DNA of 57,850 bases, filler included, from Sphacelaria rigidula (lineage: Eukaryota), in the NCBI GenBank assembly GCA_964200075.2. It is 3 parts of 3 records of this genome, joined end to end, with 100 filler letters (N's around TTAATTAATTAA, not from the genome) between each part and the next. Parts side by side here need not be neighbours in the genome. Positions count along the whole stretch, not along the records: positions 1 to 19,219 come from CAXNAA020000712.1; positions 19,320 to 38,535 come from CAXNAA020000713.1; 1 more part is not named here. One strand, given 5' to 3'. The notes beneath the pieces are model-generated. The model ran no database searches. It saw nothing but the letters and a program-made list of their open reading frames with translations, and was not told the origin of the DNA. The translations under genes and the position numbers were made by a program. Shown piece after piece: positions 9,831 to 21,372 of the stretch (positions are counted from its first letter, which is position 1; each line of letters opens with the position of its first letter).

Positions 9831-12800
9831 ATGGGGGGGCCATTGACAAATGCTGCTGCGGCGGACGCAGTGGGCAAGCTCGTCAAGGCTGTTGGCAGAA
9901 AGTTCAATGGAACGGACTTCGATGTCTGGTCCCGCACAGCACAATCCGTGATCAGCATGCGACATTCGGGCATTGCAGACATCCTGGACGGCAGACCATG
10001 TCCGCCGACCATTTACAAGAAGACCAAGGGTAAAACTGACAAGTGCAAGGAACAAGCAACCTCAAGCATCGGAGATGAAGAAGACGATGGAGACAAGGAT
10101 GCAGCAGGAGGCTCAGCACTGCATCCCGAGCAACAGCAGCAGCTTGCACCAGATGAGCCGACTTCAACAAGCGGCGAGACTCCTATTTCTGTGATGTGGG
10201 AGATGGATGACAACGTCCAGAAAATCGAGGACATCCGGGAGTGGCACATGGCCAACAAGATCCTGGTCCACTTCCTGTTCTTGAGTACGGCAGGACCGGC
10301 AGCACAAGCCTAGACCAGGCATTTTGACAAACGGCATCGCCGCTTGGAATGGTCTGGTGGGAACATACAAGAACCCTTCACGCCAGCGGCGTCGAATTAT
10401 GGCAAAAAGGCTGTCTAACATGAGAATGCAGCAAAATCAAGACCCGGACGTCTTCTGCAACGAGCTAGTTTCGTTGCGAGATGAACTGGCGGAGATGGTT
10501 CGAGTGATTACGGACGACGAGATACTAGACATCATCCTGGATGGGCTGACGGACGAGTACGCCCAGATTCAACTGTTTGCGGAATCGCAAGACACTTTCA
10601 ATCTTGAAGACGCCATTTGCACAATGAGGAACATCTTCGCAAACCGTGTCGCAGAAAACGGGCTCTCGCGTGCAGCGAAGAGTCCCACCTCGGCGATGAC
10701 CGCCACAATGGCAAAATACTGCAACGACTGCAAAACGCCTGGTCATAACATCAACAACTAACTGCATTCAGCGAAACAACAAGAAGAGCACAAGAAACAA
10801 CGGAGGGGGAAGAAGTAACTGGTGGTGCTCCTTGCACAAAACCAATCTTCACGACAATTCGACCTGCAAGGCGCAACAACACTGGGGCAACGATTCTGAC
10901 GATCAGCGGCAGCAAGGGCAGCGCGGCCGAGGACCACGTGACAACAGGGGACCACGGCAGCAACGACAATACCGCTGCAGCGACAGTGGACAAGGACGCT
11001 TAAGCAACAGCGGACACGGCCGCTTCAACAACAACAGTGGACAAGGAGGCGTACACAACAACAGCGGACAAGGTGGTAACAACAACAATACCAACGCGGC
11101 AGCACACACAGCAACAGCGACACCGGGGTCTAATACTGTGGTGGGACACTACAACTCAGTCGGATCATCTACTCCAACTTCCGCGACTGCCACCACTCAA
11201 CAAGCTTCAGATCCATCGCCTTCGGACCTTTCACCTCCTGCCGGAATAGGTTCCTCCTTCATCGCCACCAGCAGCCTGAATACCGCCGCTCCTCCTTCGC
11301 GCTTCAGCATGTCTGTCGACACCGGCGCCAGCAACCACTTCGTCGACTCTGACTTGCTTCCAAGTCTTCAAATCTTCAGCACCGGATGATCAAGTATTAG
11401 AAGTACGACCCGCCGATCGTCATCAACGTCGCCGGCAAGGGAAAACTCCACGGCACCGGCAGAGGAAAAATGAAGGTCGTCACACGGGACCGAACCGGGG
11501 CCGAGCACAAGGTGCTGCTGCCCTTCACCATCGCACCAGGGCTGGGTCGTCACCTGTTCTCGGGAGGAACAGCAGTGCAAAGGGGGATGCCATTGGTTTT
11601 TGATGATTTCTTCTTCATTAGAATAGGAAACTTCAAGCTGCCTCTTCTACAGGACAGCTCCTGCACCACCATGTACTACTTGGATCTGGCTATCGCACCG
11701 GACAGCATCTGCACTCAACACGGTTTTATAACCGTCTCCGGCGCCAATCTGACGCCTGGAAGAGCGAATATAGCATCCAGTGCCTCTTTGGTCCAGGATA
11801 CGGAAAAGGAAAGAGCATGTGCCACCTCATCGGCTACATCGATGGCCAACACGTGGCATCAGCGACTCGAACATCCCAATTTTGTAGTGCTACTACAAGT
11901 CGGGCGGATAAAAGAGAGCGGGGTCGCGTTTTCCAACTCCTATTCAGCGTGCGGGACGTGCAAGATAAATATAAGAACACAGCAGAATCATCCCAAGACC
12001 AGGAGCACAGGCGCCACGCAACGACTTCAACTCGTCGGCACGGACCTTCTCGGGCCCGTCACTCCAACTGCGACCGGTGGCTACCAGTACATGGCCAAGT
12101 TTACCGATCAATACTCCAGGCTCAAGGCCGTCTGCTTCCTCGAAAGAAAAAGTGTCGCCCTTTCCTCTCTGGTACGGTTCGTTCAAGACCTCGCCATTCC
12201 ACTCGGTCGACGGGTACAACGTCTACAATCGGACAACGGTGGGGAATATGTCGGCACTGTGTTCCGCGACTACTGCAAAACTACGGGGATCATGCAGCAG
12301 TTCAGCTCCCCGCACACGCTCCAACAAAACGGCATATCGGAGCGCGACGGGCGGACCATCATGGATATGATCCGCTGCCTCCTGAACGAAGCGGGTCTGC
12401 CTAAGCACCTATGGGGGGAGATTGCGGCAACTGCGGTATTCCTAATAAACTGCCTACCGCACAAGGCCCTACGAGGGGACACGCCCTACTATCGCATGTT
12501 CGGCAAGAAGGCAAACCCTTCCTTTCTTCGGATCATCGGCTCCAGGGCCTTCGTCCACGTCGAAGGTCATACCACCAAGCTGCAGTCAAAAGCGTGGAAA
12601 GGTGTTTTGGTTGGCTACAACGACGACAGCCCAACCTTTCGTATCTACGATCCAGCTACGGGACGCATTACAACCTCCCGGAATGTCACCTTCATCGAGC
12701 CGGTTTCGGAACTCCTGAGCTGCACCAATCTTCCGGATAGTGAAGAAGAAGAATCATCGGTCGACATGGCGGATCTCGAGCAAATCCACGACGGAGTTAC

Positions 12801-14621
12801 ATTCTTGGATTCCAACAAGGACAACGGCGAATGTCACGATATCAACAACCGACAGGAACAGCGCTTCAAGGAACCACTGGTTCTACACGACGACTACGTT
12901 CATCCGGATCCGTTGATCCTTTCCAAACAGAGATGAAAAGTCCAGCACAGGCTCGGGCGCTACGACAGCTCAACTTCGCGCAGGAGGATTCATCTCAAGC
13001 AATGCTGGACTCAGTGGCCTCGTACATCGGAGCAGTGGACATCGATCAAGTTCTTCCTCCTGCAGCAATCCGAGTGCCCAACACCTACAAGCAGGCCATG
13101 GACTCACCCCAGGCAGCGGAATGGAAAAAAAGCCATGGACAAAGGAATGAACAGCCTGGCCGACCACGAGGTGGCGGATCTCGTCCCGTTCGACTCCGTA
13201 CCCGCCGGTTGCTCTTTCATCGGCACGCGCTGGGTTTATCAGATCAAAACGGATAAGCGATTCAAGGCAAGAGTCGTCGGTCAGGGCTGGGCGCAACAGC
13301 ACGGCATAAACTATTTCACCACATTTGCACCGGTGTGCAGGATTGGAAGCCAAATACTTCTTTCGGCGATAGCGGCTGCCCAGAACTGGCCGGTCATCGC
13401 CATGGATGTGCAGACAGCGTTCCTAAACGGTACCTTCTCCGAAGTGGTGTACACTTTTCAGGCGCTAGGATTCTAAGAGTTCCACAGCACCATTGACAAG
13501 CAGCTGGTTTGGCGTCTGCGCAAGAGCTTGTACGGGCTGCGTCAATCTTCGAGCGTTTGGAACTCAACAATCGACAAGGATCTGCGCACGAAAGGGCTCA
13601 CGTCTACAGCATCTGATCCCTGTGTCTACACCAAGGGCAGCGGAGGCACCTACTGCATGCTGACACTCTTCGTCGACGACATTCTTCTCACGGATCTTTC
13701 TACAGACTCGCTGCATCAAGTGCGTCAGGAACTTCAGCAATCATTCAAGATTGGTGATCTTGGTCATGCGACTCAGATTCTCGGCAACGGCATTCATCAA
13801 GACCTGGAGAACGGCACCATAAGCCTCAGCCAGGAGAAATACACCATGTCTGTGCTCAAGCGTTATGGCATGGATACGTGCAATCCCTTGCACACTCCGG
13901 GGACAGGAGCCGAGCTCAACAACGCAACTGGTGAATCTGCACGTCATTCCACAAGCGAGAAAAAGGACTACCAGAGCCTGGTGGGAAGCCTTATCTTCCT
14001 GGTGAATTGCACAAGATTCGACATCGCGCATGCCGTCATGCAGGTAGCACGGCACATGTCAAGTCCGACCACTGCGAGCGCAGCTAACGCCAAAAAGATT
14101 CTTCGGTACCTCAAGCGCAACCCAGGTCTCGTCATTACCTACAGGCGCACCAGCGACTTCAGCATTACCTGCTACAGCGACGCCTCCTACGCATCTGGAC
14201 CATCAAGCAAATCTATCACCGGATCAGGGTTTTTCTGAGTGGACGGCTCATTCACTTCGACAGTCAAGTTCAGCGCATTACCACGCAATCTACAGCGGAG
14301 GCGGAGCTCATCGCAATGAACAGCACCGCCAAGCACGGGCTCTACTTCTCTTCTATGCTGGGGGGGCTAGGATGGTCATGGCAACGCACCTTCACCCTGT
14401 ATGCGGACAACCGGAGCTCCATGACCCTAGCTCCGGAGGCGAACTTCAGCCAGAGGTCGCGGCACATCGCCGTCCGCTTCGCCGCACTCCGCGAATGGAT
14501 CCGTCAAGGCATCATCAAGCACTTAATTCCAGGCCGCCACATGTTGGCCGACCTTTGCACCAAGTACTGCGTCCGCAAGGTACAAGACAGTCTCATGCGG
14601 CAAATCCTCCAGTTCAAGTGA
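9831..14621 (+). pseudogene. Copia gag-pol polyprotein, disrupted
   Basis: Consecutive ORF pieces 9831-10313, 10324-10761, 10832-11389, 11470-12936 (integrase), 13135-13476 and 13528-14238 (RT), 14316-14621 (RNase H end). Confidence 0.93.
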
Positions 14622-14975
14622 CGATGCCGAAACTCAAGGATCGGGCTCCTCACCATCGCCATGGGATAGTCCGGGCGGAATCTTCTGTACATCTCGTTCG
14701 GAGTAGAAAGCTCAGCAGATTTTTTGCATACTTTTTGCATTCCCTTAGTAGCTTGAATATCTAGGCTAAATTTGTTGACTTCTTGTAGACAGCATTTTTG
14801 CGTTCTTTTCATTTGCTGCCTCTACCGTACATGCTACAGAAGGAAGCGTGAGAGATCTTTGTTCGATCTCCGTTAGTTGCAAGTGGGAGTGCATAATGTT
14901 ATCTTTTGAGGAAGTGTTTTTTTGCATCAAGATAATCCTCCTTTGGATTACTTTCCTTTGAGATGACTTTCCATT

Positions 14976-14984
14976 GAGGGGGGG
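14976..14984 (+). promoter_or_regulatory. Polypurine tract of the Copia element
   Basis: GAGGGGGGG abutting the TG of the 3' LTR. Confidence 0.85.
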
Positions 14985-15430
14985 TGTTGAAATATTCAAT
15001 GTCAGTCAGTGGTAACGACTACTATCTATCGTAGGTTATCGTAGACAAGAAACCATTTGAGTGTTCCAGAAATAGTCTGCGGTATATTCTGCGGTACACT
15101 TTGTTTCCAGCACAAGTTGTCGAGGGATTAATCGGGAGTTATCGGTTGTAATATCCCGTGAGTGTTCTAGACGTGTGGAAGTTCTGAAAGTTCATTAGCT
15201 GATCGGTAGGCTCGCACACTTGGTGCTCGCCCACCTGATCACCTCTCTACTACTTCTCTTCTCATACTCTTCTCTTCCATGCGTTAGAGTCTTCGGCCAC
15301 ATAAGCGCCAAGTTTAACATCTCGATTCTCAAGTCAAGTGACTTAACCGTCCCTCTCTGCACCTCTGCACAAACTGCAGAAGACAGCTGCCACATCGGCA
15401 AACCATCAAGAGTGAAGCCATATTCCTCCA
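14985..15430 (+). repeat. Copia 3' LTR (446 bp)
   Basis: TGTTGAAATATTCAATG...ATATTCCTCCA. A by-eye alignment to the 5' LTR gives about 27 substitutions and two small indels (~94% identity). Confidence 0.95.
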
Positions 15431-15439
15431 CAACTTGCC

Positions 15440-16700
15440 AACGATTGAGGTAATGTCGCATTCACATACATACGAAGTATACATGTCGGGCAGTTGACCT
15501 TGCTTTCCGATTCCCAGTTGGTTTTCCACAGCCATCGGAACAAGCCAACAGGGTAGTCCGCGCCCCCGCGGAATGTGCCTAACTTCCGGTGTTCCTCAAA
15601 TTATTCGCTGAACAGAGGCGAAGAGTTTAAGGTGAAGGTTGTCACCAATTTGTGCAGGTGGCCGAAAGAGGACATCGCTTTTCGAAGCGTCAGATATCCA
15701 CACGGCCAAGGCGCAGTCGGAAGACCGGGAGGATCGCTGCTGGACATGTTGTCGGAGCTTTGCAAGTCATGACGTCTTGTGGGATGAGCACGTATCATTG
15801 GCTATTCGGATCAAGCGCACATTGCTTGACACGCTGCGTCCCGCTGACATGTCACGCTCCGGGTTGCCATGTCGACGCAAAACCACAAACATCGCTAAGC
15901 TGACTTGCACCCATCCCACAAGCAGCAGAACCGATTATAGGCCTGGACGCTTTCGTTAGACAGCGCGAACAGCACCTATGCGAGGTAAGAGTGGTGATTG
16001 ATCCGGAGAGTGAAATCCCAACATGTCGGAATGGTAACGGCAGGAGACTGCAGAACTAGTACACGGTACCTTGAAATTTAAGAAGGATCGATCACGGCAC
16101 GCAGCCTGGACGTAGTGATGCAAGGACACAAAAAACGTGAGCGTAAGATAGTCCGCCAGATGTCGAACCGCATCTCGTCACCCGCCTCACCTGAGATATT
16201 CAATCACTGACGGGTTCGCCTAGTTTGCCTGAACAGTAGACTAGAAGGCGACGCCAACCTTTGACCAAAAACCTCACCTCCTCATCCTGATAGACCGTCG
16301 CGAGTCTAAATCTAGGGGAAAACATCAGGTTGAGAATTGCGAGGAAAGGCCCAAGATGGAGCAATGTCGGAGTGGTTACCAGGGAGCGAAATCCTGGGAA
16401 GTCTCACGGTTCTACGAGTGGACAGGTTCCACGCCCTTTGGCATCTGCACCACACAGCCAAGGCATCAAGTATGCTATCGCGCCCGAGCACACCATGCCC
16501 CTCTGTCGGGCAGTGATGCTCTGGACTTGTTTCCCATAGGTTTCACATTCTGAGAGGATTTTGACGGAGCTGAGCAGAAAGGACAAGTGTTCGCCGGCGG
16601 CAAACGCTTCTGGAGAGTGATACGACGACGGAGACTGCAAGGAATCTTCACGTCGAGAGCTCCAGCAAGAGGCTCAAACGAGCAAGCCTATGGCATTGAG
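15440..16700 (+). pseudogene. Highly decayed Gypsy-type integrase remnant with a C-terminal Tudor-like segment
   Basis: Frameshifted pieces CLTSGVPQIIR, GEEFKVKVVTNLCRW...PHGQGAVGRPGG...LSELCKS and WDEHVSLAIRIKRT resemble an rve core (GVP..IR.DGG.EF, HP.AQG.VER, WDE). Terminal FPIGF...GQVF...FWRV/YDDGDCKESSRREL. Confidence 0.6.
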
Positions 16701-17326
16701 CGAACGAAGCAGAGAAACTCGTTTTGTTGTACGAAGGGAAGGATCAGACCGTCTTGTGCTGCACTACAAAAGCGAGCGCCAGTTCTGTTTTTTCTTCCCT
16801 TTATTTTTCAGGAATGAGCACCAGGCCAGTACTGTTTTTTTCTTTTCTTTGGAACACCTGTTCAGTATCTTTTTTTTTCTAGTCTCTGCGGGTTTGTTTT
16901 CAATCGTGTTTCCTCGTTGATCACGAGCTCGGTTATATATCTTGTTCTCATGTCCGTTTTTATCTCTTTACTTCTAAGATTTGATTTTGAACGTTTTTGG
17001 AACATGACACGCCTTCTTGACGTTTTTACCTCATTCTTTTGGGGGGCGTACTTCTTTCTTCTGGGGGGGTTAAATTTACCCCTGAGGCCCTCAAAACTTT
17101 ATCTGTTCTGTATCCTGGTCTGGATTCCAGGTATTCGTGTTTCCTCTTCCATTTTTGTTTCTCTTGATTTCGTCGGGTCTCATCCCCTTTTTCGTGTCAG
17201 CATTTTCTTTCTCGTTTTCTTGTTTCTTGAATTTTTTCCCGTATTTTGGACCTGGTATGTTCTTTCTAGTTCTCTTTCACGTTTCATTCTTCATTTTCCC
17301 CTTCCGTTTTGTCGCAGGCCTGGTTT

Positions 17327-17370
17327 AACAGGGGATTCTATAATATGAGGTTCATCAATGAAATGAGGTT
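17327..17370. mobile_element. Single TIR end of the same family as the 6648-7062 foldback
   Basis: AACAGGGGATTCTATAATATGAGGTTCATCAATGAAATGAGGTT matches 6648-6691 at 42 of 44 nt, then diverges. Confidence 0.8.
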
Positions 17371-17378
17371 TGAAGACC

Positions 17379-18656
17379 CTAGCCGTTGAATGACGAAAAG
17401 CCCTCAGGAGTACCGCACGACACTGCTGATGCGCAATTTTTAGGTGGAGTAGGAAGTGCGTCCGTGGTTTCACATGCCGCCCATCCCTGGTTAGCTGCGG
17501 GCGACGGAGCATAACAAAGTTTGTTTGATTGTCGACGAATGTTTTCACTGTTGTTCATCTCGAGGCTCGTGTCCAGACAAAAATCTCGGGCGTCAAGTTG
17601 CTGTCAGTAAGGTCAGTAAGGTGCTGTCAGTGACGTGGTGGGGGGATATCACTGCCAACGCAGTGATGTGCCGAGCGGATGATTGGGCGTCCACTGTCCT
17701 GAAGAATCGACGGCCGATGCACAACGTGAATAGTTTATTGCACGACTCAACCGTACTGCAAATACCCGTCGAGCTTTCCAATCCGGTTCGAGCATATATG
17801 AGGCGGCAATGTCTCTGTCGAAAGAGAAATCGTTGGCATCCACCCCCAAGATCGCTTCGTACGGTCCCGCCATACACACCATCGCAACACCGCATCATGC
17901 TACATGACAGCATCTCGACCCCGCCCTGAACCGTACGTTCGCGCCCGCATCCCGACCTGTATGTGAACCTATTGCTTTCACTCTCCAACTGCGCCACTAC
18001 AACTCGAGACTCCAGCGTCATCACTAGTTGCTATTGCCATCACCACCATCATCACCATCGCCATCACTTCCAGTATCACAGTCATCATGGTCATCATCGG
18101 GGGCTACCTCGTCCTCCAACCCCTCTCGACCCGTGTCGCGTCTGGCCCTCAGCCACCTTTGCTCGAATCCCGATCCACCTACGACCAGATCCCCGAGAGT
18201 GACCGCGATAGGCTGCTTCGCGGTGAGCCTCCCTTTCCTCTCTCGACTTTCTTGCACACTGGCTATTACAACATGCTGCGTACCATCTGCGCCGCCTATC
18301 GCAGCGGTAGTGTACGAGTCTCTGGAGCCGTTGTGCGGTATTTTCGACGTGATCCCCATCATAACACCCTCCCCGCCCGTATCCCATTCCAAATGGTAGA
18401 ATGGGCACGTGTCTGAGACCTCCAACTACAGGGCCGCTTCCGGCTGGTAGGCTTCCCTGCCGGGTTCTACGAGGCGCCTGAGTTGTCTGTTCGATGCGAC
18501 CAAGACCATGCGAATACATTGCTGATGCAGGACTTCTTGAGGTATCGAATCCACAGCCTCTCTAGGCGTGTTGTATACCCTGTACTTTCCTCACAAGGGA
18601 ATTTCTGGATAAACGATCTGCTGGCCGGGCTTCGTCATGAGGAACAGCTCGTTCAT
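17379..18656 (-). pseudogene. Decayed ORF of unknown function adjacent to the TIR end
   Basis: ORFs 18024-18425 and 17649-17882 and the upstream MNELFLMTKPGQQIVYPEIPL*GKYRVYNTPREAVDSIPQE all lie in one frame, which ends 8 nt from the TIR. Several in-frame stops and an acidic D/G tract. Confidence 0.35.
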
Positions 18657-19014
18657 CTGATTGAACGTCGAACGCTGCGACCGAAATCAACGGTGGACAA
18701 GGTAGAGACGGCCGGCGGCAACGACCATGAGAAAGTCAATTCGGGATACGGAGGAGGGGCGGTGGTTTGAATCAGCGCTCAGACAGGGGTCTCAAAAGCA
18801 CGATGTGTCGTTGTTCCCGAAACCACATGTCCCCCGGGCATCGCGATGTGGACGCGCCCGTAAACGGACCCGAAAAAAGCTGTTTTTTTACGAAGTGCGG
18901 TAAAGCGGGAGGAAAAAAAAGTCGATACCACGCAGTAAAAACAAATTACATCTCCAACGGTGCACTAAAAAACAAAAACGCGCACCCATGTCCCACTTTT
19001 TATTTGGACCTCTC

Positions 19015-19219
19015 AGGGGGGTAGGGGGGGGGGCGTACTCGTTTGTTGCTTGCCTTAGTCGTTTGACCATTGACCACGCATATTTTTCGAGACGGAGCAC
19101 CGTTCCTACTCCTAACAAAGACACCTCCAACATTCCGGCGCTCATTACGTTCCTTCAGCAGCTCACTACGTTTTTTCCATACATTACACAAAAACCTTTC
19201 ACATGTCTTATCCCCGTTC
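19015..19219 (-). mobile_element. 3' end of a non-LTR retrotransposon (same family as 34610-35190)
   Basis: The reverse complement matches 34965-35140 (GGTCAAACGAC.AAGGCAAGCAACAAA.GAGTACGCCCC); truncated by the contig join. Confidence 0.85.
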
Positions 19220-19319
19220 NNNNNNNNNNNNNNNNNNNNNNNNNNNNNNNNNNNNNNNNNNNNTTAATTAATTAANNNNNNNNNNNNNNNNNNNNNNNNN
19301 NNNNNNNNNNNNNNNNNNN
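19220..19319. other. Artificial scaffold linker
   Basis: 44N + TTAATTAATTAA (stop codons in six frames) + 44N. Confidence 0.95.
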
Positions 19320-19777
19320 TTTAATCCTCCGGGTTCTCATCCTCAATCAATAGCACCATCCTCAATATAGATGATTGGCTGTTCATACCCCTACCCGTCG
19401 TTTAGGGGTATAGCTCTGTAGATATCATACCCGATGCAGGTACGAACACAGGTTCAATCCCGACACAATCTTCTGATGACTTGAACCTGTACCCCAAACC
19501 CCTATCAATCAAACCCTCCTCGTTCACTCAACACCACACACAACCACAAAAAAAACAAGTTGGTCAATTTCCTACACTAGCGGGTCACGGGGTACATAGT
19601 TAGGTGGAAACACAAAAAAAAAACATGAGCGGCAATAATGCAAACCGTCACGATGAATCATCCCCGGACTCGAGTGGTGGCTCGAGTGGGGACAGCTCAT
19701 CTGCTTCACCAGGGGGATCGGGTAGCAGGGCGCACGTCATCGACGCTGATGGTGGTCGTGTCCAAGGTTGTGTTCTG

Positions 19778-20165
19778 CAGGGCACGGTGTTACGTGTACC
19801 CGGGGTATTTCCCGGATATTACCCGTACGTACCCTAAATAAAGTTCTGTGACTTCTGGAAGACTTTCATACCAGTACCCCACCGTTCTGAGACTTATGTA
19901 GGCCTTCCATATCTTCATCCGACCGTTCTGTAAGTTCTGTACACACTACTACTACTGTGTGTTGACCCGCACCGGGGGAGCGAATATACCCTTTTATTAT
20001 AGCAAAAAACCGTTGCGGGTTTGTTATTTTACAATTTTTTTACCAACGCTACCCGACCCACAAGTTTTGTGAATTTTGTAAGTCTCCCATACCCTACCCG
20101 ACACGAGTTTTGTAGCTTCAGAAAGACTTCCATACCGGTCCAACAGTTTTGTAAGTTCTCTAAGG
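19778..20165. repeat. Degenerate TACCC/AGTTCTGT(G/A)A-motif repeat element
   Basis: Recurring units such as AGTTCTGTGACTTCTGGAAGACTTTCATACCAGTACCC and AGTTTTGTAGCTTCAGAAAGACTTCCATACC. Confidence 0.55.
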
Positions 20166-20447
20166 AATCTCGGATCAAACATCAACCGTACGTACGTACC
20201 TGCAAAAATCGTTTTCAATGGAAAAATAGGTAGAGGATCAGAGCGCATATCTATATTATTGTAGAGGTCTTCTGACGTTTATGGGCCGGGATGAATCATT
20301 AGAAAACAGCAAAATAGGGACCGGATTCGTCCCGGCCCATAGGCGTGGGACCGGATTCGATATTATCGACAACACATGGTTGCTTTCAGGGACCGGAGGA
20401 AGAGAGACAGCTATCCCATACTTGAGATAAGAGCTGCAGTTACGGTA

Positions 20448-20780
20448 CACACGCGGCCATTTGGCTACCCCCCAAAATGCCTCCGGAGGGATGCGCGGCC
20501 GTCCAGGGGAAAAACAAGCCTCCAGAGACTTTCAATCCCTCTGGAGGGAACCAAACTCTACCGACCCGGAGGGCCGTGCACCCCTCCGGAGGAATTTGGG
20601 GGTATGCGCGGCCCTCCAGAGGCAAAAATAAGCCTCCGGAGACGCTCAATCCCTCTGGAGGAAACAAAAAAATCTCCTCTGGACGGCCGCGCATCCCTCC
20701 GAACGCGTTTCATTCCCCTGGAGGGTCGAAAAGTTTGCGCACCTGGAGGAATTTTGGAGATAGCCACATGGCCGCGTGTG
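20448..20780. mobile_element. MITE with TA TSD (Tc1/mariner-like target) and internal CCTC(C/T)GGAGG repeats
   Basis: TA|CACACGCGGCCATTTGGCTA ... TAGCCACATGGCCGCGTGTG|TA, with many internal short palindromes. Confidence 0.85.
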
Positions 20781-21114
20781 TAGGATTCGGTCACCTCGAC
20801 AAGCAGCACAACAAGCAGCCCTTTGATTTTTATTATCCATGATAGCGGAGTGCGTTTGTGTCTCGTTTATCATTTGGGTGCGGTACAAGTGTGGCATCAG
20901 GATGCAGAAATGCTGTTACGCGAGGCGAAGAGGTACGGATACCGTCTCCACTTTTAGTGCATATTTAGTAGAATTTTGCTTTGCTTCACGTGTATGCCCG
21001 CTGAGGACATTCTACTAAAACATTCCAGTTTCACGAGAGGGGAGAAAAGATTGAGTGTTGACTACGGTAAGGGATAATAAACAGGACTTTTTCTGCCAGA
21101 AAAAATTCCCTCTC

Positions 21115-21372
21115 GAGCGATCCTACGGTAGGGGTGCACCTTTTGCGCGAAATTTTGTTTGGTTCAGGGGCTCCTAATGATTCTTGTGGCACAAGAATAT
21201 GGGTCAGGGCATCCCCGTTTGCGAATTTATTCCGGATATATCCCCAGCACATTGGGATAGTAATCCTGGCGTATTGTCACGTTTCACAAGTCCTATTCTG
21301 GATGAAATGAAGGGCTCTCCTAGCAATTCTAACCTCAGAAAATATTTATGCACCCCTACCGTAGCATCGCTC
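21115..21372. mobile_element. MITE with 24-bp TIRs and GAG...CTC ends (possibly Sola-like)
   Basis: GAGCGATCCTACGGTAGGGGTGCA / TGCACCCCTACCGTAGCATCGCTC; flanks TCTC and TCTT form an imperfect 4-bp TSD. Confidence 0.65.

Larger units (their letters stand above)
8690..15430 (+). mobile_element. Full-length but disabled Ty1/Copia LTR retrotransposon (gag-PR-INT-RT-RH)
   Basis: Two TG...CA LTRs, PBS and PPT are present. gag with zinc knuckles (CNDCKTPGH, CSLHKTNLHDNSTC), PR VDTGASNHF, integrase WHQRLEH/CGTC/TDLLGP/SDNGGEY/QNGISER, RT MDVQTAFLNG/YGLRQS/FVDDIL, RNase H YSDASYA. Several stops and frameshifts. Confidence 0.97.

Noticed and set aside
16790..17348. Hydrophobic 143-aa ORF resembling a membrane protein
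   Set aside because: Arises from a T-rich low-complexity tract (F/L/S codons); no motif.
19264..19275. TTAATTAATTAA palindrome inside an N run (also 38580-38591)
   Set aside because: Identical, centred in exactly 100-nt pads and gives stops in six frames; an assembly linker, not biology.
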